Source: a virus
Lineage: Duplodnaviria; Caudoviricetes
DNA length: 24,873 nt
Direction: 5' to 3' (one strand)
Virus record (IMG/VR): IMGVR_UViG_3300020043_003493
Span: 1 to 24,873 of that record
Shown here: positions 16,756 through 24,873 of the stretch, one piece after another
How the letters are laid out: every line of letters starts with the position of its first letter
Position numbering within the stretch: the first letter of the stretch is position 1
Position numbers and translations under genes: made by a program
Notes under the pieces: model-generated
Databases searched by the model: none
The model's input: the letters and a program-made list of their open reading frames with translations, nothing else
What the model was told of the DNA's origin: nothing

Positions 16756-17481
16756 TTAAACTAGCGTTAGGTTAAGTAAGCGATATTCAGTATCTACAGT
16801 AGCTTCTGGTGCTGTACCGACTCTCTGTGTAACAGAAGCGGCTACTTCGATCTCAACTGCACCGTTTACTGCATCTGATAGGATAGCTCCTGCGCCCTTA
16901 GTGATAGCTCCGTCTGAAAGCACTGCACAGTAACCACCGACTTGGAACCAAGCGTAGTTAGAAGCTGTGACTGTTACGTTGTTAACACCGACTGCTTGAT
17001 GAGCAACTGCACCTGGTGCGATCACAACACTTGCAAATGGGTTAACTTGTAGTGAAACTTCTGATACTGAAACAGTAAGACCAACACGTAGTGGTTCTGA
17101 TAGCTGTACTGTACATACGTCTGAACCTACTGCTGAGCTGTTACCCTCGATGAGGTAAGTGATACCTTCACCTGTTGCATCGTTTACTGTTAGGAAGCCA
17201 CCTGCGTACTGGTCAACGGTAACTGCTGTTGCACCTACGTTGACACCGACTGTGAATGTTCCTGCTGATACTGTTGCTGAAACAGTACGGTTTACATGGT
17301 TAGCTACCTGTGCAGGTGTAACGCTAACCTTTCCTAGTGCTAGATCAACTGCACCTGCTAGACCCCAACGATAGATACGACCATCAGGTGTACCACCGAA
17401 AGCTCCGAGTGCTGTTCCGCCCTTTACTGTAGAGATAGTGCGGACATCTTGTTCGCCTATTGGCGTAATGAATGAACTCAT
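16756..17481 (-). CDS. Probable capsid decoration/cement protein (241 aa)
   Basis: Directly follows the MCP with a strong SD (AAGGAG). DGRIYRW and NYAWFQVGGYCAV motifs resemble capsid-adjacent decoration proteins. Confidence 0.6.
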   Translation of the reverse strand: MSSFITPIGEQDVRTISTVKGGTALGAFGGTPDGRIYRWGLAGAVDLALGKVSVTPAQVANHVNRTVSATVSAGTFTVGVNVGATAVTVDQYAGGFLTVNDATGEGITYLIEGNSSAVGSDVCTVQLSEPLRVGLTVSVSEVSLQVNPFASVVIAPGAVAHQAVGVNNVTVTASNYAWFQVGGYCAVLSDGAITKGAGAILSDAVNGAVEIEVAASVTQRVGTAPEATVDTEYRLLNLTLV

Positions 17482-17503
17482 AATTTACTCCTTTATTCTT
17501 TTA

Positions 17504-18583
17504 TTAAACGCCTGTTACGCCTGTTAGCTGACCATTCAAACGAGGGTCACGGTGGATCAACTGTCCGTAGACGATGAAGAAGCCGACTTCTGCTGTAGGT
17601 TGGTTATATGGTTCCATGTAGTCACGGAACTGGAAAGCACTTGGTTTGTACTTGTTGTAAACACCCTCAGTAACTGTGTCTGATACTGCTATGGTTTTCA
17701 TGTTAGGCAACTTGAGAGAGTGGAACTCCATCATGTATTCATTTAGGAAGTACATACGTCCTGTAGGACACTTCTCATCTTTGAGTACTGGTTTGCCTCG
17801 GAAATCAAGAGCTGTGAAGCCACCTGATGCACCAAGTTTCTGATCGCCTCTCCATGCCTGACCAATTGCTGTATCTGCAGTAACCATTGGATAACCAAAT
17901 GATCGGTATTCAGCTTTCTTAGTTGGCTCTAGGAGTGATTCGTATAGTGACCATACAGCCTTAGTGGTGATAATGACGTTTGGAGTCATTTCGTTTACAC
18001 CTGCTACTGTAGCGTCATCGTCAACACCTGCCATAGCATCTAGGTCAAGTACACCACCAGAAGCGGCGTTTACTGCACCATTGATGTTTGTGCCGTAAGT
18101 TGTGCGAGATAGACCACCATATGAGCTTGTAAGAGTACCATCGTCAACGATAAGGTTTAGACCATCGAACTGATCACCTGTACCTGTACCGTAGAAAGTA
18201 TCTCCAAGACGTGACTTCATCGAGTTTGATGCGTAGTCTGCGCTAGCTTTGTTTACAGCGATTACACCTGCTTCTGTATTAGAGAGAGCTTGGTCTACTC
18301 GTGAGATTGCTATTGGCTGACCGAAACCAGTTGGATACCAACTCATTTGCTTGTTGGTCATGTCGATGTCTGTAGAGAACACCTTTGCACCCTGGAAGAA
18401 CTCGCCCTGTGCGCTTGAGTCTGTGAAGATAGTCTGGTTCAAGACCTTTCCACTCCAAGCTTGAGGGTTGTTCATCACACGAAGTGTAATGACGTTACTG
18501 CGGTTAACAGTATCTACAATCTTTGGCAATATTTTCTGTAGGGATAGGTTGCCGACCCTGTCGTTGAAAGCTGATGCTCCCAT
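17504..18583 (-). CDS. Major capsid protein (HK97 fold expected, 359 aa)
   Basis: Follows portal and scaffold. Motifs ILPKIVDTV, FYGTGTG..FDGL, YGGLSRTTY, PNVIITT, GFTALDFRGKPVLKDEKCPTGRMYFLN, PRLNGQLTGV. Strong SD. Confidence 0.9.
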   Translation of the reverse strand: MGASAFNDRVGNLSLQKILPKIVDTVNRSNVITLRVMNNPQAWSGKVLNQTIFTDSSAQGEFFQGAKVFSTDIDMTNKQMSWYPTGFGQPIAISRVDQALSNTEAGVIAVNKASADYASNSMKSRLGDTFYGTGTGDQFDGLNLIVDDGTLTSSYGGLSRTTYGTNINGAVNAASGGVLDLDAMAGVDDDATVAGVNEMTPNVIITTKAVWSLYESLLEPTKKAEYRSFGYPMVTADTAIGQAWRGDQKLGASGGFTALDFRGKPVLKDEKCPTGRMYFLNEYMMEFHSLKLPNMKTIAVSDTVTEGVYNKYKPSAFQFRDYMEPYNQPTAEVGFFIVYGQLIHRDPRLNGQLTGVTGV

Positions 18584-18600
18584 ATTGATACTCCTTTTTT

Positions 18601-18673
18601 AATAATAAAAAAACGCCCCATTTCTGGGACGTTCCTCTACTTGTATTAAAGCAAAACGCTCTTAATTTGTCAA
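18601..18673 (-). promoter_or_regulatory. Promoter-leader-hairpin element, copy 5 (capsid operon), with canonical -35
   Basis: TTGACA(18668-18673), 17 nt ending TGC, TTTAAT-ACAAGT-AGAGGAA-CGTCCC-AGAAAT-GGGGCG-TTTTTTTATTATT, then AAGGAG SD and ATG 18583. Confidence 0.9.
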
Positions 18674-18674
18674 G

Positions 18675-19580
18675 CTAGCGGATGTCTCTGATACTTCCAC
18701 CCTCACCAATTATCATATCGTCTTCTGAGCCATCAGATAGTTCAGATGATGTGTTACCACCGACCATTGAACCACGTTTCTTTCGGGCTTCGGCTTGTTT
18801 GTTTTTGACTTCGACTTCTCTTGATTCACGAGCTTCTTGTGCCATTTGCATCTGTGCTTCGATGAGACTCATTTCACCTAGCCCGAGAGCTTGACGCTGT
18901 TCGTTTTCTTTGGCTCGGTAGTTTATAAGCTCAAGTCGTTCTTTAATGCCTGGTTGTTTGGCAACTTCTGGATCGTTCCAGTTTTGCGTATCATACTTAG
19001 CATCGTACTTAGGTAAACGACCTTTCGTTTCAAGGTAGTTCATTTCAGCGATTGCAGTTTCGATTCGCTTCTCTACAGCTTCTTTATTTTCTTTGTCTGA
19101 TTCAAACTTCTCCTTATTAGCATCGTACTCTCGTTTGTCAGCTTCGATACCGTTAACCATCTGGGTGTACTTAGCACCTGCTTCAAAGAGCGCCTGTGGG
19201 CTTTCAAATGAAGCGTCAGCAGGGATGTTTTTAATATCCTCTGGTTTAGATATTTTAATTACTGATCCATCAGCTAGTGTGATGTCGTATGAGTAGTCTT
19301 TTGGTTGGAACTCGCCTGGATCTGTGACTTCTTCTTTGACTTCGACAACTGGTTCTGGCTTGGGTTCTTCAATAACCACTTCGCTAGTATCACTCCCCGA
19401 TCCGCTATCAGTCGTATCTTCGCTATCCTGTGCGTCTCCTGTTGTATCAGATTCATCCTCAACATCCTCCATGAAAGTAGGTGCTTCTACTGTTTCTTCT
19501 ATACTTTCTACTACTTCGTTACCGTTTGTGTTTTCTACTGATTCATCAGCAGGTATGATCATTTCATCTTCTTCACGCAT
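18675..19580 (-). CDS. Probable capsid scaffolding protein (301 aa)
   Basis: Very acidic, disordered-looking N-terminus and coiled-coil middle. Lies between portal and MCP. SD AAGGGG. Confidence 0.75.
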   Translation of the reverse strand: MREEDEMIIPADESVENTNGNEVVESIEETVEAPTFMEDVEDESDTTGDAQDSEDTTDSGSGSDTSEVVIEEPKPEPVVEVKEEVTDPGEFQPKDYSYDITLADGSVIKISKPEDIKNIPADASFESPQALFEAGAKYTQMVNGIEADKREYDANKEKFESDKENKEAVEKRIETAIAEMNYLETKGRLPKYDAKYDTQNWNDPEVAKQPGIKERLELINYRAKENEQRQALGLGEMSLIEAQMQMAQEARESREVEVKNKQAEARKKRGSMVGGNTSSELSDGSEDDMIIGEGGSIRDIR

Positions 19581-19614
19581 GAATGTTCCCCTTAGTTGTG
19601 ACTATAGTGTATCA

Positions 19615-21582
19615 CTAAACAGGAAGTTCGTTCACTTGCTGTTCGTTCATACCTGCCATCTGAGCGTCATCTACTTGGGTAGCCTGTAGGTCTGCGGTGC
19701 GTGTAGCGATCACCCCAACGGCTGTTAGATGGTCAATAATACGCTTCTGAGCTTCTTTATCTTGGAGTACAAACTTGTTACCCATGATGTACTTATTAAC
19801 GTGTTCAAGATATGCCTGACCGTACTCGTCACGGACTGGTGGTTCTTTGTCTGCTATAAGTAGGGTTATATCTATGTCAGCGTCACGATTAAACGCTTGT
19901 TGTTCAACGTCTGCTACGAATGATGCAGGATCGTTTAGTTCTTTTTGTGTTCTCTCAACAATAGTTTCAGGGTCTGGTAGTTTACCGTACTGAATAGCTT
20001 CACAATAAGAGAGTGAGTCCATCTTACCTGCGTTAGATGCTTCAACAGCAATATCTCTGACTTCTTTCTTGTTTGATGGAAGTGTCGAACCTGCCTCGAC
20101 AGATATTTTAAGATTTGTGTCCATCGTCTCAGAGTTCATTACTACGAAGTCATACTTACCGTCAGTTCCTTTAATCTGGAACCAATGATCTTCTGTAAAG
20201 TAGACTTTCATCATTTGGTAAAGTTTGCGGTAGTAGTCTTGCATAGACTCATCAACTGATGATGCTAGATCGTCTTGTAGCGCCCCTGCCTGTTGGATGA
20301 TCCTCTCGTCTTGACCTAACGTATTATTTTTAGACTGTTCACCCCTAAAGATGTTCGGTGTACCCATCGTCTGATCTATTTCGTTACGAGTGTCATAGGC
20401 TTCGTCTACTACTTGATTTGGTAGTGCCTGATAAGGAACGTGGAATACAGACTGTTGGACTGTCTTACCCTCGCTTGGTTTGATAAGAAGAATAGTCTTA
20501 GCACCTTTGTTGAGGTATTTAGTAGCATCTTCTTGTTCAAGAGCGTTGCCGTCAGCGATCACTCGACCATTCACGTAGTCGTTGTTGTCCATGATCTGCT
20601 TCTTGCGCTTATTGTAAAGATCTTGTAGGACTTTGGCTTGCTCGAATAGTGATGTTTCGTCTATATACGCTTTTCCTGTGTTCATGTAATTAAAGCCTAT
20701 GAATGGTTTAATAGGAAACGCAGTGAAGTTTATTTCCCTATCTTTTTGATCGTCACCTGTGTATACGAAGTTCGGATTCAGCATTTTCCCTAAGATGACT
20801 TTTCCAGTTGGAAGATACCAACAAAGCCCCTCTTTTCGATTGCCTTTTTCGTAGAATGTGAACCATACTTCCCAATACTCAGCAATCTTCGACATTTGGG
20901 TATAGACACCTCTACCGATCCCAAAGGCTAATTTTATCTGTTCTTCTTTTTCTGAGAACTTAGATATGAGTTCTTCAATAGTACACTTCTGTTTGTGCCA
21001 TATCCTGCGAGGTTCACCCTTAAACCCTGCGTCTTTGTCTATAACTATATTTTCAGGTGAGATGTGTTCAACTTCTATATCTCCGTAAGCTCCCTGCAGA
21101 GGATCGAACCTAAGTTTTAGAAAGCCCCTCTTTTGAATGACAAGGTTAGTAGTAGATTTCTTCGCTTTGGTTGCGAGGTCGTGATCCAAACCGTGTTGGT
21201 ACATAGCTTGTGTAACGTCCTTTGCGTACTGTATAGCCCCCTTATCGCTTGTAGATGGTCGGACTTCTGGTTGTGCCACTCGTGAGTTCACATAAGCTAG
21301 AACGGCTCGTGATGAGGTCTGGAGACGGTTTCCCATGTTAGGAAGCCCCTCACCTGATGCGGATATGTAGCGTTCTTTCATTTGATCGCCTAACCAGTAA
21401 CGAATATTCTCGGTATCGGCTTTGTCTAGTCGGTAAGGGTAGCCTTTCCAGTGATCTATTGAGTCGGTTAAAGCCCGATCTACCATTTGAATTAGTTTGC
21501 CATCGTCTAATTTAAGATCAAAAACCTCATAGTCTTGATCGTTCGCTGTAGCATCTGGTAAGTCGTAGTAATCTTGATCCAT
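19615..21582 (-). CDS. Portal protein (P22/podovirus-like, 655 aa)
   Basis: Size and position between terminase and scaffold. Motifs RGFLKLRFDP, EVEHISPENIVID, QAKVLQDLYNK, ISVEAGSTLP. Confidence 0.85.
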   Translation of the reverse strand: MDQDYYDLPDATANDQDYEVFDLKLDDGKLIQMVDRALTDSIDHWKGYPYRLDKADTENIRYWLGDQMKERYISASGEGLPNMGNRLQTSSRAVLAYVNSRVAQPEVRPSTSDKGAIQYAKDVTQAMYQHGLDHDLATKAKKSTTNLVIQKRGFLKLRFDPLQGAYGDIEVEHISPENIVIDKDAGFKGEPRRIWHKQKCTIEELISKFSEKEEQIKLAFGIGRGVYTQMSKIAEYWEVWFTFYEKGNRKEGLCWYLPTGKVILGKMLNPNFVYTGDDQKDREINFTAFPIKPFIGFNYMNTGKAYIDETSLFEQAKVLQDLYNKRKKQIMDNNDYVNGRVIADGNALEQEDATKYLNKGAKTILLIKPSEGKTVQQSVFHVPYQALPNQVVDEAYDTRNEIDQTMGTPNIFRGEQSKNNTLGQDERIIQQAGALQDDLASSVDESMQDYYRKLYQMMKVYFTEDHWFQIKGTDGKYDFVVMNSETMDTNLKISVEAGSTLPSNKKEVRDIAVEASNAGKMDSLSYCEAIQYGKLPDPETIVERTQKELNDPASFVADVEQQAFNRDADIDITLLIADKEPPVRDEYGQAYLEHVNKYIMGNKFVLQDKEAQKRIIDHLTAVGVIATRTADLQATQVDDAQMAGMNEQQVNELPV

Positions 21583-21632
21583 AAAATAATAAAAACCTCC
21601 ATATGGGAGGCTCCTCTATTTAGATTATAGCA
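21583..21632 (-). promoter_or_regulatory. Promoter-leader-hairpin element, copy 6 (portal operon)
   Basis: TGCTATAAT-CTAAAT-AGAGGA-GCCTCC-CATAT-GGAGGT-TTTTATTATTTT-ATG(21582). No SD after the hairpin. Confidence 0.85.
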
Positions 21633-21660
21633 CGAAATATCTATCTGTTAGCATATTGTT

Positions 21661-21942
21661 TCAACGTCCATTTAGGCTTATAAACTCATAGTGAATCTTA
21701 CAGTACTTACCAGAGCATTTCACACTCATGGGAGCAGGTTCGTACTCAGGAATGACAGACATATCCGACACATCAGAAATGCTCATTACCCGTCCCGAAA
21801 GCTCTACGATCTTCTGTGTGCATTTAACGCAGTGAAAGTCCCAATACTTAGGTCGTTGATCTGCTACGAGAATGATTGTTAAACGATAACGCTGATCTTC
21901 GTCTCCGTCTTTCATCTTCTTCCCACCATTGAAAGTCATCAT
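21661..21942 (-). CDS. Small Cys4 zinc-finger protein, Mu Com-like; candidate late-gene regulator
   Basis: FHCVKCTQKIVEL...MSVKCSGKYCKIHY resembles the Com pattern RCxxCxKLL...IxCxxC, with a longer spacer and a CxxxxC second knuckle. ATGA-coupled to terminase. Family assignment is by eye. Confidence 0.6.
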   Translation of the reverse strand: MMTFNGGKKMKDGDEDQRYRLTIILVADQRPKYWDFHCVKCTQKIVELSGRVMSISDVSDMSVIPEYEPAPMSVKCSGKYCKIHYEFISLNGR

Positions 21943-23558
21943 GTATCTAGTGCCTCCTGTAAGTCACTACTTAAATCTGCTTCATATCCCTCGTTAGTCA
22001 TTTTTCCTCTTTGAATAAGATTAGATGTTGGCTCTGCGAATGTCGCTCCACCCATGTTGCCTAGCCTTGATAAAGCTATTCTGTAGTACACATGAGCGAA
22101 TGGGTAGTCTGATGCTTTGCCGTCTTTCTTTAACCATGTTGATACCTGTCTGCCATCGTCCTTTTCTATTGTAGTACGATATAGGTTATTCCAGTCTTTT
22201 ATTATGTCCTCAAGTTGATCGGGTCGCTCTCTAAATAGGAGTTTAGCTTCTACGAGTTCCTGCGCTACGAGGTCAAGGATCTTCGTTCGGTCAGCGTACA
22301 CGACAGATGCGTTGACACCATTTCCATAGGTTATGATCCCTAAGTTCTTAGTGTCTTGTTTGAAATAACAGATGAACACTTCCCCTGGGTATTTGTCTAC
22401 TAACATCTTCGGAGTAGTTGGATAAGGATTAGGGTCGATCACCATGATAGCGTTGTATGCAAGCTTCAAGTTCTCGATTTCCTCCCAAGACTCTGTTTGT
22501 CCGTGTGCAAATATGCCGTCTATTGTACCGATGACGTATGTTTTAACTACTCCGTTATCCACACCCATGCACACACCCTTTTTAGCTATTGATGACGGTG
22601 AGGTGGCTCTTAAAATAGTATCTCGGTTCACAATGAGATCAGATGGCGTGTACGCTTTTCCAAGTACGAAGTTATGAAAGAAGTCAGGTGATGACTCGTC
22701 GTGTTGTTCAATGATCTTCTTAGCTGAAATAGTAGGAACCATGAGCTGTGAGATCCAGTAGCCGTGTCTGTATTTGTCTGGATGGAGGGCTTTCCAGAAT
22801 CCGTTTTGTCTGTCGAGATCGGTGATCTCCTCTTTACAGTGACCACAGGCATATATACCCCTCTCTCGATCCACATAGTGACATCTTCCGTCAGGCTTGT
22901 AATCAATGAACCATGTATGAGAACAGTGAGAACATTTAATAAGCCAATGTCTTTGATCTGAGTCTGTATATAACGCATCCACACCAAAGCCTACAGCCGA
23001 TGGATTAGATAGTCTCCACCTCCATGCGTACTCACTTGCCTGTAAACGTGAGTCGTATATGTTTACGATGTTCATATCGGGCATACGATCAAGCTCATCA
23101 AGCACAAGAATGTCTAGTGAGATCGAGATAGCCTCACGCTCTGAAAACGCACCCTTAAAGTATAGAAATCTATCTCCTACTTGTTTTAACGCCACAGAGT
23201 CCCTAGAAACAGTTTTCTCAATGGCAGGGTTACTTACTATCAAGGGATCTACTTTCGGTGTCACAAAGTCCTTGACGATATTCTGTGAGGGTAGAATATA
23301 CCCGATGTTCACACCAAACTGATCACATAGCCATAGTGATTTTAGAATCTTAGCAACTGACATACCCACTTGTGCCGACTTGCGATAGACCTGATCAGGG
23401 TGTAGATCGTTTATCGGATCTATTAAGTATCTATGGTTCTTGAACTCTAATGGCTTCTGGTTCTCAGTGACCAGTTTATTAAGAACGATCCAAGCAAGCG
23501 GACTACTGCTTACTAGGTTCGCTAACGAGGAAGTCTGTTGGTTCGACAATTTCTTCAA
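21939..23558 (-). CDS. terL: Terminase large subunit, lambda gpA-like
   Basis: Walker A-like RKSAQVGMS, Walker B ILVLDELD, coupling motif LSNP, SDQRHW, zinc motifs CSHC/CGHC, FHNFVLG and nuclease motif MGVDNG. Exact TTG start uncertain. Confidence 0.92.
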   Translation of the reverse strand: MKKLSNQQTSSLANLVSSSPLAWIVLNKLVTENQKPLEFKNHRYLIDPINDLHPDQVYRKSAQVGMSVAKILKSLWLCDQFGVNIGYILPSQNIVKDFVTPKVDPLIVSNPAIEKTVSRDSVALKQVGDRFLYFKGAFSEREAISISLDILVLDELDRMPDMNIVNIYDSRLQASEYAWRWRLSNPSAVGFGVDALYTDSDQRHWLIKCSHCSHTWFIDYKPDGRCHYVDRERGIYACGHCKEEITDLDRQNGFWKALHPDKYRHGYWISQLMVPTISAKKIIEQHDESSPDFFHNFVLGKAYTPSDLIVNRDTILRATSPSSIAKKGVCMGVDNGVVKTYVIGTIDGIFAHGQTESWEEIENLKLAYNAIMVIDPNPYPTTPKMLVDKYPGEVFICYFKQDTKNLGIITYGNGVNASVVYADRTKILDLVAQELVEAKLLFRERPDQLEDIIKDWNNLYRTTIEKDDGRQVSTWLKKDGKASDYPFAHVYYRIALSRLGNMGGATFAEPTSNLIQRGKMTNEGYEADLSSDLQEALDT

Positions 23559-23745
23559 TCTCCAAAATTAGATCGTTACCGTCCAGTTTCCATGTGATGT
23601 CTTTGCCTTTGGGGTTTTTTCCGAGTCGCTCAGTGATAATGGCACTTACGAACTGTTGTGCTGAATCTTCTAAGTATCTCATTGTGTACGTTAGCGAATC
23701 AAAGTGCATCAATTCTTCTTTGGCTAGCTTGAACTTCTTGGTCAT
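23503..23745 (-). CDS. Hypothetical protein (80 aa)
   Basis: ATGA-coupled to the upstream ORF. Its 3' end overlaps the terminase start. Confidence 0.65.
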   Translation of the reverse strand: MTKKFKLAKEELMHFDSLTYTMRYLEDSAQQFVSAIITERLGKNPKGKDITWKLDGNDLILEIEEIVEPTDFLVSEPSKQ

Positions 23746-24005
23746 TTTCTGAGTATCCTTTCCATTTCTGCTTCCCCTAGATCTTGTCTAGCAATCTCTG
23801 GGTAGGCTTTAACCCATTCGGGATTTATATCTTCACCATCGTACCGTTGGATCATATCTTTTCTATGGTTCTCTTTCATTCTATCTCTTATATACTTCCT
23901 GTGATATATAGAGTTCTTTTGGACTGTGTTTATACATAACTTACAGCCCTCGATATACTGTCCATCGACTACAGACGCTTTATCTTTAGGACAGTCGTGA
24001 TCCAT
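23742..24005 (-). CDS. Hypothetical protein with possible zinc site (HxC...CxxC; 87 aa)
   Basis: HDCP...GCKLC, then HRKDMIQRY...NPEWVKAYP. AAGGT upstream of ATG. Confidence 0.65.
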   Translation of the reverse strand: MDHDCPKDKASVVDGQYIEGCKLCINTVQKNSIYHRKYIRDRMKENHRKDMIQRYDGEDINPEWVKAYPEIARQDLGEAEMERILRK

Positions 24006-24222
24006 CGTTTAACCTTTCGATCATTTCGTTTTGCTCTCTCACGACTCGCTCTGATGGTGTCATCGGAAGTTCGACCATTGATGACTTGCGTGGTTCTTCA
24101 ACTGGTATATCTCGTTTGACGAGAGCTAGGACTTGTAGTCTAAGTGCTTTGAGGTGATTCATAATCTCTCTAGCATACCACCCACCCAATAGACCGATTA
24201 TCACACTAAGAAGTGCTAACAT
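23986..24222 (-). CDS. Small protein with N-terminal transmembrane anchor (78 aa)
   Basis: Hydrophobic MLALLSVIIGLLGGWYA followed by a charged tail. GAGG upstream within the end of groEL. Confidence 0.6.
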   Translation of the reverse strand: MLALLSVIIGLLGGWYAREIMNHLKALRLQVLALVKRDIPVEEPRKSSMVELPMTPSERVVREQNEMIERLNDGSRLS

Positions 24223-24873
24223 CTTTGTCCTCGAACGTGACGATTAGACCAATAGTAGCCATGTTACCTGCTGTTGATGTAGCGTTCTTGATTATCTGCT
24301 GTAGTACGAGTGCAGGATCAAGTACACCCTCTTTGACTAGATCAACGAGTTTATCTTCACCCCTAAGATTGATACCCATTGGTGACTCTGCGCTTAGTAC
24401 GTCATTCATCTTTACTTCTGCGAGTAGACCTGCGTTTTGCATGAGTCGCTTAAATACGTTCTGTAGTGCGTTAGCGGTGACTTGTGATAAACCCTTAGTC
24501 TTTGAGAGTCTTAGGAGTGTAGTACCACCACCAGGCACGACACGTGTTTGCATTGATGCTCTCGTAGCTTGAATAGCATCTTCGATACGGAACTCTTTTT
24601 CTTCTTTCTCTGTTTCAGTAGCACCACCGATCTTAAAGACTGCGATCTTTCCCTGTAACTTAGCGACACGATCACGGAACTTCTCTGTTAAATGATCTGA
24701 TTCTTCAGTTAGAATACGGTCTTTGAGTTCTTTAATACGAACTTCGAGATCCACTTTGGCGTGTTTGCCACCGAAGATTGATGATGTGTACGGAGTACAT
24801 ACGACACGTTCAGCTTTTCCAATGTATGAAGCGTCTATGTTTTTAAGTGAGTCACCACTTGAGATCATCTTAC
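24206..24873 (-). CDS. groEL: GroEL/Cpn60-like chaperonin, C-terminal part (open to right edge)
   Basis: RVAKLQGKIAVFKIGGATETEKEEKEFRIEDAIQATRAS, VVPGGGTTLLR, QNAG and GVLDP match the GroEL C-terminal half. Divergent, with no GGM tail. Confidence 0.92.
   Translation of the reverse strand, partial: KMISSGDSLKNIDASYIGKAERVVCTPYTSSIFGGKHAKVDLEVRIKELKDRILTEESDHLTEKFRDRVAKLQGKIAVFKIGGATETEKEEKEFRIEDAIQATRASMQTRVVPGGGTTLLRLSKTKGLSQVTANALQNVFKRLMQNAGLLAEVKMNDVLSAESPMGINLRGEDKLVDLVKEGVLDPALVLQQIIKNATSTAGNMATIGLIVTFEDKDVSTS

Noticed and set aside
19581-19614. Possible separate scaffold promoter (TGATACACT or TATAGT)
   Set aside because: Weak match with two competing -10 candidates, no clear -35 and no leader hairpin. 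Not enough support to list as a feature.
2831-21632. Six repeats as a CRISPR array, REP/IS ends or recombination sites
   Set aside because: They are dispersed, all in one orientation, strictly at operon starts, and conserved in structure rather than full sequence. There are no spacers, transposase or recombinase.
15772-22010. Other AGAGGAA matches on the minus strand (near 15772, 16119, 22004)
   Set aside because: They lie inside coding sequence with no upstream TGnTATAAT and no hairpin plus U-tract, so they are not leader copies.
1620-24572. Plus-strand ORFs other than the HNH, and short nested minus-strand ORFs (e.g. 494-724, 5359-5685, 22628-22987)
   Set aside because: They are shadows of long, well-supported minus-strand genes, with no recognisable motifs or initiation signals.

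Overview
This window is the morphogenesis (late-gene) region of a tailed dsDNA phage, almost entirely on the minus strand. In transcription order (right to left) it holds: a partial GroEL-like chaperonin, three small ORFs, a lambda-gpA-type large terminase, a small Cys4 zinc-finger protein resembling Mu Com, portal, acidic scaffold, major capsid protein, two probable head accessory proteins, a cluster of overlapping coiled-coil/acidic ORFs, a 1254-aa spike/fibre, two paralogous tail fibres, head-tail adaptor, nozzle-like protein, small beta-rich tail proteins, two probable ejection proteins and a partial membrane (holin-like) protein. There is no tape measure or sheath gene, so the architecture looks podovirus-like. 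The only convincing plus-strand gene is a free-standing HNH endonuclease, inserted at the 3' end of a tail gene with a recoded duplicate of that gene's last codons. The main observation is a six-copy cis-element heading each structural operon: extended -10 promoter TGCT(A/T)(T/C)AAT, 6-7 nt, AGAGGA(A/G), a covarying ~6-bp GC hairpin, then a U-tract. This looks like a promoter followed immediately by its own terminator. The first copy lies directly downstream of the Com-like zinc-finger gene, suggesting a phage-encoded RNA-leader attenuation/activation switch for late genes. All product calls come from motif recognition and gene order; no searches were run.
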